From Porticoccus sp. (lineage in GTDB: Bacteria; Pseudomonadota; Gammaproteobacteria; Pseudomonadales; Porticoccaceae): 64,000 nucleotides of DNA. Below, one piece after another: positions 20,816 to 32,771 of this stretch (positions within the stretch are counted from its first letter, which is position 1; every line of letters begins with the position of its first letter). The position numbers and the translations under genes are program-made. Where the stretch lies: assembly GCF_965660005.1 (NCBI RefSeq), contig NZ_CBFHYF010000003.1, positions 43,062 through 107,061 on the forward strand, in the 5' to 3' direction. The notes under the pieces were generated by a model. The model did not search any database and was not told the origin of the DNA. It saw only the letters and a list, made by a program, of their open reading frames with translations.

Positions 20816-21676
20816 ATGAAACCCGCTGAACTCACCTGGGCCATCAGCAGTAGTCTGCCTAATTTACGCAAATCCGAGCGCAAGGTGGCAGAGTTTATTT
20901 TGGCCAATTTGACCGATGTCATTCGCATGAGAATCGTGGATTTGGCAGAAAAGGCTGAAGTCAGCGAACCCACTGTGGTGCGCTTCTGTCGCGCAGTGGG
21001 TTGCAATGGTTTTCAGGATTTCAAGCTGGTGCTGGCACAGCAGCTGGCATCCAGCCCGAGCTATGGCCAGATTGCCGTCACTGACCAGGATTCTGTGGCT
21101 GAATACACATTCAAGGTGTTCGATTCCACTGTCGATACACTATTGAAAGTTCGTGATTCTCTGGATCTGAAAATGCTTGATCGGGCCGTTCAGGCAATCT
21201 GTGTGGCCAATCGGGTTGAGTTCTACGGGTTTGGTGCGTCCGCTGCTGTCGCAACCGATGCACAGCACAAATTTTTCCGCCTGCAGGTCTCTGCGGCCGC
21301 CTATGCTGACCCGCACTTACAGAATATGTCGGCTGCCTCAATGGCACCTAGTGATATCGTCATTGCTATTTCCCAGTCGGGAAGAACGACCACGTTGATC
21401 AATGCCATGGAGCGCGTAAAGAGTAGGGGTGCCATTGTTATCGCCATCGCCCCTTCAGACTCTCCAGTAGCCAATGCAGCTACTATCCCGCTAACTATTG
21501 ATGTCAAAGAGGATTTTCAAATCTATACCCCACTGTCATCACGCATTGCTCACCTCGTGTTGATTGATGTGCTGGCAATCGGTGTTGCCCAGCACAAAGG
21601 CGGTCGCCTCCAGGAACACCTGCTGGAAATGCAACTCGGTCTGGAAGTACTCCGTGAACCACTGGAAAATCACTAA
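20816..21676 (+). CDS. hexR: RpiR/MurR-family transcriptional regulator, HexR-like
   Basis: N-terminal HTH (LRKSERKVAEFIL...VSEPTVVRFCRAVGCNGFQDFKL) plus a SIS domain. A HexR-type palindrome lies upstream. Confidence 0.8.
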   Translation: MKPAELTWAISSSLPNLRKSERKVAEFILANLTDVIRMRIVDLAEKAEVSEPTVVRFCRAVGCNGFQDFKLVLAQQLASSPSYGQIAVTDQDSVAEYTFKVFDSTVDTLLKVRDSLDLKMLDRAVQAICVANRVEFYGFGASAAVATDAQHKFFRLQVSAAAYADPHLQNMSAASMAPSDIVIAISQSGRTTTLINAMERVKSRGAIVIAIAPSDSPVANAATIPLTIDVKEDFQIYTPLSSRIAHLVLIDVLAIGVAQHKGGRLQEHLLEMQLGLEVLREPLENH

Positions 21677-21699
21677 AGCCCACTCCACCAAAATCGGGC

Positions 21700-21726
21700 A
21701 AAAAAAACCCCATTAAGAAATGGGGT
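21700..21726 (-). terminator. rho-independent terminator oriented for the minus strand
   Basis: On the minus strand it reads ACCCCA-TTTCTTAA-TGGGG followed by eight T. On the plus strand (hexR) the hairpin has no U-run. Confidence 0.65.
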
Positions 21727-21886
21727 AAAGGTTCGAGCTACGAGATAAAAATTTTGGCACCCAACTTTCGTCGGTTGCGCTTTCCCCCGTCCCTTTCGTA
21801 AAAACACGTTTCTCACTATCAGAGGGCTGGTTGCTCAGGAGGAACAGTTGCGTATTATTTAACTTTAAATTGGATGGGAATCAACT
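21700..21886 (-). ncRNA. candidate sRNA of about 185 nt (family not recognised)
   Basis: Bounded by a sigma70-like promoter (21893-21922) and the minus-strand terminator (21700-21726). It contains no ATG and no ORF with an RBS. It contains a UUCCUCCUGA (anti-SD-like) stretch. Confidence 0.35.
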
Positions 21887-21892
21887 TTTATT

Positions 21893-21922
21893 ATTATACT
21901 ATCATCATAACATGATGATCAA
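21893..21922 (-). promoter_or_regulatory. orphan sigma70-like promoter with a palindrome in the spacer
   Basis: On the minus strand: TTGATC (21922-21917), 18-nt spacer, TATAAT (21898-21893). The spacer holds the perfect palindrome ATCATCAT-N3-ATGATGAT (21901-21919). Confidence 0.45.
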
Positions 21923-22063
21923 TTACTAATTTTATCGTGGTTGTCTGCTGTCTATGCCTTCACACCCGATTATTCGCCCCAAGCGGCATGACCTTTGCGC
22001 AGTTCAGGCGTCCTGAATTTCGCGCACAGGGAACAGCCACAATTATCGGTTGTTACCGGATAT

Positions 22064-22115
22064 TCAATAAAAGCGAGAGGGACTCTCAGGCGAATGGCCT
22101 TGGAATCAGGCCATT
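22064..22115 (-). terminator. probable glmS terminator region (two hairpins)
   Basis: AATGGCCT-N7-AGGCCATT (22093-22115) immediately after the glmS stop. Then GAGAG-N3-CTCTC followed on the minus strand by GCTTTTATT. Confidence 0.4.
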
Positions 22116-22124
22116 TGATGACGC

Positions 22125-23954
22125 TTATTCCACGGTGACGGACTTCGCCAGGTTGCGTGGCTGGTCTACATCGGTCCCCTTCAATACAGCCACATGATAG
22201 GAGAGTAATTGCAGCGGTAACGTATAAATGATGGCTTCAAGGCTCTTCGGGACATGGGGAAGGTTGATCACCGTCAGATCCGTTTCATTCTCAAAGCCGG
22301 CATTCAGGTCGGCAAAGACAAACAGTTGACCACCCCGGGCTTTTACCTCATGTAGATTTGACTTCAATTTCTCCAGTAACTCGTTGTTGGGTGCCACAGC
22401 CACCACCGGCATGTCCTTGTCGACCAGCGCCAGGGGGCCGTGTTTGAGTTCACCTGAAGGGTAGGCTTCAGCGTGAATATAAGAGATCTCCTTGAGCTTG
22501 AGCGCTCCCTCAAGTGCAACCGGGTACTGCACACCTCGACCGAGAAAAAGCGCATGTTGTTTATCGGCAAAACATTCAAAGGTTTTTTCAATCTGTTCAT
22601 TCAGTAAAAGCGTATCCCGACAGAGTTGGGGCAATTGACGAAGGGCCTCCACCAGCAATCGCTCTGTTTCTTCAGTCAGGCCATGGCTTTTACCAATACC
22701 GATGCAGAGTAGCTGCAAGGCCACTAACTGGGTGGTGAATGCTTTTGTCGATGCGACACCGATCTCAGGCCCGGCATGGGTCATGAGGGCCATATCTGAC
22801 TCTCTCACCAGTGAGCTGTTGGCTACGTTACAGATGACCAGCGTGGCAAGATAACCGGATGTTTTTGCCGAAGTCAGGGCGGCCAGGGTGTCGGCTGTTT
22901 CTCCGGATTGAGAAATCGTGACAAACAGCGTATCGGTGGGAACAACAACTGTACGGTAACGATATTCACTTGCCACTTCTACCTGACAGGGAATACCGGC
23001 CCACTCTTCCAACCAGTAGCGGGCTACAAGCCCGGCGTGATAACTGGTGCCACAAGCGACAATATGGACGGCTTTTACCCGGGCAAATACCTCTACGGCG
23101 CGACTTCCAAATGCTTCCGGCAATACATGGGCCTGACCGATACGTCCCTGTAGTGTGGCATCAAGGACAGCTGGCTGCTCAAATATCTCTTTCATCATGT
23201 AATGTCGGTAACCACCCTTATCGGTGACATCATCACCTCCGGGCAGCGTGTCTACATCACGCTCGACCAGGTTGCCTGTCTTGTCGAAAATCCTGTAGCT
23301 ACCTTCTGCCAGTTCAACCAGATCACCCTCTTTCAGGAATACAAAGCGATCCGTTACTTGGCGCAGCGCCATTTGGTCAGAGGCAAGAAATGTTTCTTCT
23401 ATACCAACACCAATTACCAGCGGGCTACCACTACGGGTACCAATCAATGATCGGGGTTCAGAAGTACTGATCACTGCCAGCGCATAGGCGCCTTGCAATC
23501 TGGTCGTACAAATCTGCACTGCATGACGTAACGAGGCGGTGCTTTTAAGAAGATGGTTAACAAGATGGGCAACCACCTCGGTATCTGTTTCCGAAGTAAA
23601 CTGGTAGCCCAAACCCGTCAGCTCTTTTTTCAATTCTGCATGGTTTTCAATAATGCCATTGTGCACAACGGCAACCCCACCGGAGGTATGTGGGTGGGCA
23701 TTGATTTCGTTGGGGACGCCGTGAGTAGCCCAGCGTGTGTGGGCAATGCCCACGCTACCCCGAGTGGGCTGCTCAACCAGTCGATCGACGAGTTGTGCCA
23801 CCTTGCCTTTGTTCTTCCGTAACTGCAGCTCACCGTTTTGATCAATTACAGCCAAACCGGCGGAGTCGTAACCGCGATATTCCAGTCTTTTGAGCCCCTC
23901 GATCAGGATGCCGATCACATTCCGTTGTGCTTGTGCCCCAACTATTCCGCACAT
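22125..23954 (-). CDS. glmS: glutamine--fructose-6-phosphate aminotransferase
   Basis: MCGIVGA start, ends ...AKSVTVE, 609 aa. Confidence 0.97.
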   Translation of the reverse strand: MCGIVGAQAQRNVIGILIEGLKRLEYRGYDSAGLAVIDQNGELQLRKNKGKVAQLVDRLVEQPTRGSVGIAHTRWATHGVPNEINAHPHTSGGVAVVHNGIIENHAELKKELTGLGYQFTSETDTEVVAHLVNHLLKSTASLRHAVQICTTRLQGAYALAVISTSEPRSLIGTRSGSPLVIGVGIEETFLASDQMALRQVTDRFVFLKEGDLVELAEGSYRIFDKTGNLVERDVDTLPGGDDVTDKGGYRHYMMKEIFEQPAVLDATLQGRIGQAHVLPEAFGSRAVEVFARVKAVHIVACGTSYHAGLVARYWLEEWAGIPCQVEVASEYRYRTVVVPTDTLFVTISQSGETADTLAALTSAKTSGYLATLVICNVANSSLVRESDMALMTHAGPEIGVASTKAFTTQLVALQLLCIGIGKSHGLTEETERLLVEALRQLPQLCRDTLLLNEQIEKTFECFADKQHALFLGRGVQYPVALEGALKLKEISYIHAEAYPSGELKHGPLALVDKDMPVVAVAPNNELLEKLKSNLHEVKARGGQLFVFADLNAGFENETDLTVINLPHVPKSLEAIIYTLPLQLLSYHVAVLKGTDVDQPRNLAKSVTVE

Positions 23955-23969
23955 AAGGTTTTCCGTTAA

Positions 23970-25346
23970 TTACTGAAGAGATTCATCGTTTTTTCCCGGC
24001 CGTTTCCAACCTTCGATGTTCTGCTGTTTCGCCCGAGTCAACCCGAGCTCACCATCGGGTACATCGCATGTAATAGTGGAACCCGCCCCTACGGTGGCGT
24101 TCTTGCCAATAGTAACCGGCGCCACCAGAGAAGTATTTGAGCCAATAAAAGCATTGTCACCGATCGTAGTCCGGTGCTTGTTCAAACCATCGTAGTTACA
24201 AGTAATAGTGCCTGCTCCAATATTGACGTTGGCACCCAAACAGGCATCCCCCACATAACTGAGATGGTTGATTTTTGTGCCTTTCCCCAGGGAAGAGTTT
24301 TTGGTTTCTACAAAATTACCTATTTTCGCACTTTCGGCCATCTCTGTACCCGCCCTCAATCTCGCGAAAGGGCCCACAACACAGTCTGGGCCGACCAGGC
24401 TTCCTTCCACAATACTGTTGGCTTTTATTTCGGCCCCATCGGCAATACGGCTGTTGATAATCAGGCAATTTGGACCAATAGATACATTATTGCCCAACTG
24501 GACATCGCCCTCAAAAACCACATTAACGTCGATGTAGTTGTCTATGCCGGCGGTCAGTTTCCCCCTCACATCCACTCTGTCTGGATCGGCGATGGTGACT
24601 CCTGCCAGCATGAGCTGTTCCGAATGCTGTCGCTGATAATAACGTTCCAGCCGGCTCAGCTGACTACGATTATTCACACCCTCTACCTCTTGTGGGAAAA
24701 GGGGCTGCAACGTTTTAATCTTATAATGGTGCTGGTGTGCAAGCGAGATAAGGTCTGTGAGATAGTACTCCTGTTGAGCATTCTTGTTATCAATCACAGG
24801 TAACCAGTTTTTCAGCTTTTCTGCGGGCAGCGCCATCACACCGGTGTTCACTTCACAAATATCCAGTTGCTGTTGGCTAGCATCCTTTTCTTCAACGATC
24901 GCCACCACTTCCTGCGCTTGATCCCTGATGATTCGCCCATACCCAGACGGATCGCCAAGTAACACCGTTAACAGCACCAATGACCCGTCAGCGGCCATAT
25001 CGACCATAGTCTGAATTGTAGCTGGCTGAATTAACGGAACATCGCCATAAAGTATCAATACTGTGGCATCACTACGAATTTCCGGAACCGCCTGCTGAAC
25101 CGCGTGGGCCGTGCCTAATGGCTGCTTTTGTTCAACGTAGAACAGGGCTTCGCCATTGATAGCGGACCTAACCTTTTCCGATTCGTGACCCGTGACAATG
25201 ATGATTCTGGCTGTCTTGAGATCGTTGCCGGCATCTACAACATGCTGTAGCAATGGGCGTCCGGCCAGGCAATGCAGTACTTTAGGCAGACGGGATTTCA
25301 TTCTGGTCCCCCTGCCAGCAGCCAGTATGACGACGTCCGTTGCCAT
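23970..25346 (-). CDS. glmU: bifunctional UDP-N-acetylglucosamine diphosphorylase / glucosamine-1-phosphate N-acetyltransferase
   Basis: VILAAGRGTRMKS and C-terminal hexapeptide repeats, 458 aa. Confidence 0.96.
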   Translation of the reverse strand: MATDVVILAAGRGTRMKSRLPKVLHCLAGRPLLQHVVDAGNDLKTARIIIVTGHESEKVRSAINGEALFYVEQKQPLGTAHAVQQAVPEIRSDATVLILYGDVPLIQPATIQTMVDMAADGSLVLLTVLLGDPSGYGRIIRDQAQEVVAIVEEKDASQQQLDICEVNTGVMALPAEKLKNWLPVIDNKNAQQEYYLTDLISLAHQHHYKIKTLQPLFPQEVEGVNNRSQLSRLERYYQRQHSEQLMLAGVTIADPDRVDVRGKLTAGIDNYIDVNVVFEGDVQLGNNVSIGPNCLIINSRIADGAEIKANSIVEGSLVGPDCVVGPFARLRAGTEMAESAKIGNFVETKNSSLGKGTKINHLSYVGDACLGANVNIGAGTITCNYDGLNKHRTTIGDNAFIGSNTSLVAPVTIGKNATVGAGSTITCDVPDGELGLTRAKQQNIEGWKRPGKNDESLQ

Positions 25347-25571
25347 AGGAATCTCCTCGGTAAATCGGGGTATTTAATCAGTATCAGCTGCTAATTACCA
25401 CGATGTCAGAGCCCATGCCCTCCCTCCAGCTGGCAGGCAATAACCACGTATAGATTCCCCCGGCTAAAGCCGGGGTTCTGGGGACTACGCCCCGCTTCGC
25501 TAAATTACAACTCCTGACAGAGTTGACCTTCATCCACAGGCAAACCCGTGGTGTTCTGTCTGTGACCGCAT

Positions 25572-25600
25572 AAAAAAAGGGTGGCAAATGCCACCCTTTT
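25572..25600 (-). terminator. rho-independent terminator of the atp operon
   Basis: GGGTGGC-AAAT-GCCACCC with a T7 run on the minus strand, 23 nt after the atpC stop. Confidence 0.85.
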
Positions 25601-25622
25601 ATAAACAACGATTCAAAACGGA

Positions 25623-26054
25623 TTATTTTTTGCCACCCATTTTTTTACGCAATTGCTCAATGGTACGGAGCTGAGCAGCCGCAGCGGCTAATTGAGAGGC
25701 GGCCCGGGAATAGTCAAACTCGCCACTCTGATTGGTCATATCCTGTTCTGCGTGCTTCTTGGCTTCTAGTGCTGCAGCTTCGTCGAGATCATCTGCCCGC
25801 AATGCTGTATCAGCCAGAATAGATACCTTGTTAGGCTGCACTTCCAGATAACCACCGGAAAGGTAATAAATTTCTTCCTCACCATTCTGCTTAACTATCC
25901 GGACAGGACCAGGTTTGAGGTCAGTTAACAGCGGGGCGTGACCAAACGTAACACCGAGTTCCCCCTGAGAACCACTGGCAACGAGAAGCTCTATTAAACC
26001 GGAGAACAGGTATTGCTCGGCACTTACGATGTCACAGTGCACAGTCATAGCCAT
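25623..26054 (-). CDS. atpC: F0F1 ATP synthase subunit epsilon
   Basis: 143 aa. Position and sequence fit ([10 protein letters not shown]..). Confidence 0.93.
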   Translation of the reverse strand: MAMTVHCDIVSAEQYLFSGLIELLVASGSQGELGVTFGHAPLLTDLKPGPVRIVKQNGEEEIYYLSGGYLEVQPNKVSILADTALRADDLDEAAALEAKKHAEQDMTNQSGEFDYSRAASQLAAAAAQLRTIEQLRKKMGGKK

Positions 26055-26077
26055 ATCTTAGTGCCTATATTGATCGT

Positions 26078-27490
<1,413 letters not shown>

Positions 27491-27516
27491 TTAAACTAAG
27501 GCTGTAAAATCTTGTG

Positions 27517-28377
27517 TTAAACGGCTGCTGCACCACTAACGATTTCCGACAGCTCCTGGGTAATAGCCGCCTGACGTGCTTTGTTGTAAAGCAACTGCAA
27601 TTCATTGATCAAGTCACCCGCATTATCGGTGGCGCTCTTCATGGCAATCATTCTCGCCGCCTGTTCGCAGGCTTTGTTCTCTACCACGCCCTGGTAAACC
27701 TGGGATTCGATATAACGAATCAGGAGTCCGTCAAGCAAATCCTTGGCATCGGGTTCGTAGATGTAGTCCCAGTGGTGCTTCATCTTTTGATCTTCGATTG
27801 GCAAAAGGGGTAACAACTGCTCCACAACAGGCTTTTGGGTCATCGTATTGACAAAATCATTTGAAACCAGATAGAGGCGATCAATGATTCCTTCATCATA
27901 GGCATCAAGCATTACCTTTACACCACCGATAAGGTCGCCGGCGGAAGGCTGGTCACCAAGGTCTTTTACGGTGGCAACAATATTGCCGCCGAAACCACCA
28001 AAGAAGGCTGCCGCTTTGTTCCCCAACACGCAGAGATCAATAGCAATGGCTTCATTCGACCAGGATTTCATTGACCGAATGACTTCTTTAAACAGGTTGG
28101 TGTTCAAACCACCACACAAGCCGCGATCAGTTGATACGATAATGAACCCGACGCGCTTTACTTCGCGCTCTTCCATGTACTGATGTTTGTACTCAACATT
28201 AGCATTGGCGAGATGGCCTACAACCGAACGAATTCTGTCGGCATACGGCTTGCTCACTTCGCGACGCTCCTGTGCCCGCCGCATTTTACTCGCTGCAACC
28301 ATCTCCATAGCACTGGTGATTTTCTGTGTGCTGCGGATACTGTTGATTTTTGTTTTGACTTCTTTTCCGACTGCCAT
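27517..28377 (-). CDS. atpG: F0F1 ATP synthase subunit gamma
   Basis: 286 aa. [33 protein letters not shown]. Confidence 0.96.
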   Translation of the reverse strand: MAVGKEVKTKINSIRSTQKITSAMEMVAASKMRRAQERREVSKPYADRIRSVVGHLANANVEYKHQYMEEREVKRVGFIIVSTDRGLCGGLNTNLFKEVIRSMKSWSNEAIAIDLCVLGNKAAAFFGGFGGNIVATVKDLGDQPSAGDLIGGVKVMLDAYDEGIIDRLYLVSNDFVNTMTQKPVVEQLLPLLPIEDQKMKHHWDYIYEPDAKDLLDGLLIRYIESQVYQGVVENKACEQAARMIAMKSATDNAGDLINELQLLYNKARQAAITQELSEIVSGAAAV

Positions 28378-28427
28378 AATTTAGCCTTTCACAATTTTGG
28401 GCTGACGATGTCAGCCCAAATCAGAAA

Positions 28428-29972
28428 TTACCAGGTTTGAGTGCTGATGAACTTCTCCAGCGCAGCCTTGTAACTGGCATCAAGGTCGTCGTTCCAGTCA
28501 CCGGTCTGATTTATCTGATCAAGCAAGTCGCTGTGTTCTGCTTTCATGTACGAAAGCAGCGCATGTTCAAAATCACCAATCTTGCTGACCTCAACTTCTT
28601 TCAGATAACCCCGGTCAGCGGCATAAATCATCATGGCCATTTCTGCCACGCTCTGGGGTGAATATTGGCCCTGCTTCATCAATTCAGTAACTCGTTCACC
28701 GTGATCGAGCTGAGACTTGGTCGCCTCATCCAGATCCGAGGCGAACTGAGAGAATGCCGCCAGTTCACGATACTGGGCAAGTGCCGTACGAATACCACCC
28801 GACAATTTCTTGATCACCTTGGTTTGTGCGGCGCCACCTACCCGTGATACCGAGATACCGGCATTCATGGCAGGACGGATGCCGGCATTAAACATATCTG
28901 CCTCGAGGAAGATCTGTCCGTCAGTGATCGAAATAACGTTAGTCGGTACAAATGCTGATACATCGCCCGCCTGGGTTTCAATCACAGGTAATGCTGTCAA
29001 TGAACCGGTTTTCCCCTTGACTTCACCGTTGGTGAATTTTTCAACATAGGCGGGGTTAACGCGAGCGGCGCGCTCAAGGAGGCGAGAGTGCAAGTAAAAG
29101 ACGTCGCCAGGGTAAGCCTCGCGGCCCGGCGGACGACGCAACAACAAAGAAATCTGACGATACGCCCAGGCCTGCTTGGTCAGGTCATCATAAATGATCA
29201 AGGCATCCTGACCGCGATCGCGGTAGTACTCACCCATGGTACAACCAGCAAAAGGGGCCAGATATTGCATGGCAGCGGGATCAGATGCGGTTGCCGCAAC
29301 CACAATGGTATGGGCCATAGCACCGTGCTCTTCCAGCTTGCGCACAACGGCTGCAATGGAAGATGCCTTCTGACCGATCGCCACATAAATACATTTAATC
29401 CCAGAATCTTTCTGGTTGATGATGGCATCGACCGCGATCGCTGTTTTACCGATCTGGCGGTCACCAATAATCAGTTCCCGCTGTCCGCGTCCAATCGGCA
29501 CCATGGCATCAATGGCCTTGAGACCGATTTGTACCGGTTGGTCTACAGATTGACGGGCAATAACACCGGGCGCAACTTTTTCCAGTGGGTCCGTCATTTT
29601 CGCATTGATTGGACCTTTACCATCAATGGGATTGCCCAAAGCATCAACCACACGGCCTTCCAGCTCCGGTCCAACCGGAACCTCCAGGATGCGGCCTGTG
29701 CACCGGGCCTTCTGACCTTCAGCCAGACTTTGGTAATCACCCAGAATAACGGCACCGACAGAATCTCTCTCGAGATTGAGGGCCATACCGTAGATACCAC
29801 CTTCAAATTCGATCATCTCACCGTACATCACATCGGCAAGGCCGTGAATGCGAATAATACCGTCAGATACCGAAACGATTGTGCCTTCGTTTTGCGCTTC
29901 AGAGGAAACATCAAGGCTATCAATACGCTGTTTGATGATCTCACTGATTTCGGATGGATTCAGTTGCTGCAT
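28428..29972 (-). CDS. atpA: F0F1 ATP synthase subunit alpha
   Basis: 514 aa. GDRQIGKT Walker A. Confidence 0.98.
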   Translation of the reverse strand: MQQLNPSEISEIIKQRIDSLDVSSEAQNEGTIVSVSDGIIRIHGLADVMYGEMIEFEGGIYGMALNLERDSVGAVILGDYQSLAEGQKARCTGRILEVPVGPELEGRVVDALGNPIDGKGPINAKMTDPLEKVAPGVIARQSVDQPVQIGLKAIDAMVPIGRGQRELIIGDRQIGKTAIAVDAIINQKDSGIKCIYVAIGQKASSIAAVVRKLEEHGAMAHTIVVAATASDPAAMQYLAPFAGCTMGEYYRDRGQDALIIYDDLTKQAWAYRQISLLLRRPPGREAYPGDVFYLHSRLLERAARVNPAYVEKFTNGEVKGKTGSLTALPVIETQAGDVSAFVPTNVISITDGQIFLEADMFNAGIRPAMNAGISVSRVGGAAQTKVIKKLSGGIRTALAQYRELAAFSQFASDLDEATKSQLDHGERVTELMKQGQYSPQSVAEMAMMIYAADRGYLKEVEVSKIGDFEHALLSYMKAEHSDLLDQINQTGDWNDDLDASYKAALEKFISTQTW

Positions 29973-29990
29973 TTGCTCTGGTCCTCAATC

Positions 29991-30527
29991 CTATGAATGT
30001 AATGCTTCGGCGAGTTTTAACAATCGCCCGCGTATGGATCCGTCAATGACAGTGTCTCCAGCCCTTACCACAGCGCCACCTATCAGGGTGCTGTCAACGG
30101 ATACCTGCATATTAACGGTGCGTTCCAGTTTCGCACTGAGCGCACTGGCCAGCTTTTCTTGTTGCTCAGCACTGATCTCCCGGGCTGAAACCACATTTAC
30201 CTCAACGGTTTTTTCGCGGTTAGCCTTGAGTGTTTCAAACTGCTGGTAAATCTGTGGTAAAAGTCTGAGACGGCGATTATCCGCCAAAACCTGAATAAAA
30301 TTCAGCGTCTTGCCGGAAAGGGCATCACCACAAACTGTTATTACTTTTTCTGCCTGTTGTGCTGCCGTGTAGGCTGGCGAACTCAACAGCTTTTCTACTA
30401 CATGCTGCTGTGCAACCGCAGCTGCTACAGCAAGACTATCAGACCAGTTTTGCAGATCACCCGCACCTTCGGCATATTCAAAAGCCGCTTTTGCATAGGG
30501 CCGGGCCAACGTGCTCAATTCAGCCAT
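29991..30527 (-). CDS. atpH: F0F1 ATP synthase subunit delta
   Basis: 178 aa. LARPYAKAAFEYA start. Confidence 0.93.
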   Translation of the reverse strand: MAELSTLARPYAKAAFEYAEGAGDLQNWSDSLAVAAAVAQQHVVEKLLSSPAYTAAQQAEKVITVCGDALSGKTLNFIQVLADNRRLRLLPQIYQQFETLKANREKTVEVNVVSAREISAEQQEKLASALSAKLERTVNMQVSVDSTLIGGAVVRAGDTVIDGSIRGRLLKLAEALHS

Positions 30528-30539
30528 GTTAAACCTCGG

Positions 30540-31010
30540 TTACAGCTCGGCTGCAAGTTTATCGACAAGCGCACGGTTCGCGCCTTCATCAATATTTGCC
30601 TGCAAGATTTTCTCAGCGCCAGCCAGAGCAAGTGTTGCAACCTTTTTACGAAGCTCTTCCTTCGCACGGTTAACATCTTGTTCGATTTCCGCCTGAGCTG
30701 CCGCTTTGAGACGATCGCCTTCGGCGCGAGCTTGCTCTTTGGCTTCTCCAACTATCTGGTTAGCCCGCTTGTTTGCTTGCTCAAGTATGGATGCCGCTTC
30801 CTGTTTGGCTTCCTTGAGCCGCTCGGTGGCTCTTTCTTGTGCCAGCTCCAGATCACGCGACGCGCGATCAGCAGCATCCAAGCCATCGGCTATTTTCTTC
30901 TGCCGTTCTTCCATTGCATTGATAATGGCAGTCCATACAAACTTTTTGCAGAACCACACAAAGAACAGAAAAGAAACCAGCTGCCCAAATAGGGTCAGGT
31001 TAATATTCAC
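30540..31010 (-). CDS. atpF: F0F1 ATP synthase subunit b
   Basis: 156 aa. One N-terminal TM helix plus a long charged helix. Confidence 0.93.
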   Translation of the reverse strand: MNINLTLFGQLVSFLFFVWFCKKFVWTAIINAMEERQKKIADGLDAADRASRDLELAQERATERLKEAKQEAASILEQANKRANQIVGEAKEQARAEGDRLKAAAQAEIEQDVNRAKEELRKKVATLALAGAEKILQANIDEGANRALVDKLAAEL

Positions 31011-31059
31011 GCCAACACCTCGTTCCTGGGGTTAAATAAAAGAATCGGGTTGTTGTTGC

Positions 31060-31299
<240 letters not shown>

Positions 31300-31331
31300 C
31301 TAATGACTGTAGTAGTAAAGTTAAAAGTAAA

Positions 31332-32204
<873 letters not shown>

Positions 32205-32219
32205 TCAAACCAGCTAGGT

Positions 32220-32603
32220 CTAATTACCCGTGTGGCTCAACACCTTTGCGGCGCAAAGCCACTGCACAATTATCATCGCGCCATAGCCAAGAAAAATCGC
32301 AGGTATGCTGACTGGCGACATATAACTGAACGTCAAACCAAACAACACAACCGTGAGCAATAATTTGCCCGCCTCTCCCCTGTATATGGCACGTATTATT
32401 TTTGGTGTCTGCCTGGCCCCCATATAGCGAAAGGTTTGCCGGGTGAAATAGGCGTGTGGGCCTATCTGTATCACCCCACCAATCAGCAAGGACCAGCACA
32501 GAACGCTATCTAGCGGTAGCAATGCCAGTACCGAAACCAACAGAACCATCAGTTGGACCAGCGCTATTCGAGCTACCGGTGGAGATTCAATGGTAGCTTT
32601 CAT
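32220..32603 (-). CDS. atpI: ATP synthase protein I
   Basis: 127-aa small hydrophobic protein at the head of the atp operon. Confidence 0.75.
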   Translation of the reverse strand: MKATIESPPVARIALVQLMVLLVSVLALLPLDSVLCWSLLIGGVIQIGPHAYFTRQTFRYMGARQTPKIIRAIYRGEAGKLLLTVVLFGLTFSYMSPVSIPAIFLGYGAMIIVQWLCAAKVLSHTGN

Positions 32604-32666
32604 TCACCACCCTCCACTCGTGCTATCTGCTCATGATGACAATTTTGTCAACCCAAACGGGCGGCA

Positions 32667-32695
32667 ATTATAGGTAGTACAAGTTGCAGATTCAA
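32667..32695 (-). promoter_or_regulatory. candidate sigma70 promoter of the atp operon
   Basis: On the minus strand, TTGAAT-17 nt-TATAAT, about 65 nt upstream of the atpI start. Confidence 0.5.
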
Positions 32696-32771
32696 CTAAA
32701 CTTTGCCACCGGGGTTAGTTTTAGTTGCTGTCGTACAAATAGCCGCCATTGATGCTGCTTATGGCTTGGCG

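Noticed and set aside
21730-21738. GGTTCGAGC, resembling a tRNA T-arm, inside the candidate sRNA region (possible tRNA fragment or att site).
   Set aside because: There is no complementary T-stem partner, acceptor stem or anticodon arm around it, so it is not a tRNA or a recognisable 3' fragment.
21755-21770. TGGCAC-N5-TTTC on the plus strand, resembling a sigma54 -24/-12 element.
   Set aside because: The -12 element lacks the GC of TTGC. It points into the antisense of the candidate sRNA, with no downstream gene.
21937-22197. An 86-aa plus-strand ORF downstream of and overlapping the glmS 3' end. Also a minus-strand Cys-rich reading (…CGCSLCAKF…) in the same spacer.
   Set aside because: The plus-strand ORF overlaps glmS antisense. 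The minus-strand frame has no ATG, GTG or TTG start after the glmS stop.
29088-29996. A 302-aa ORF antisense to atpA. Similar long antisense ORFs occur at 30357..30992, 54988..55638, 52037..52681, 60791..61435, 24174..24803, 11659..12237 and 13683..14255.
   Set aside because: Each lies entirely inside a confidently identified conserved gene on the other strand. Their translations are low-complexity and Arg/Gly/His-rich with no recognisable family. These are typical shadow ORFs.
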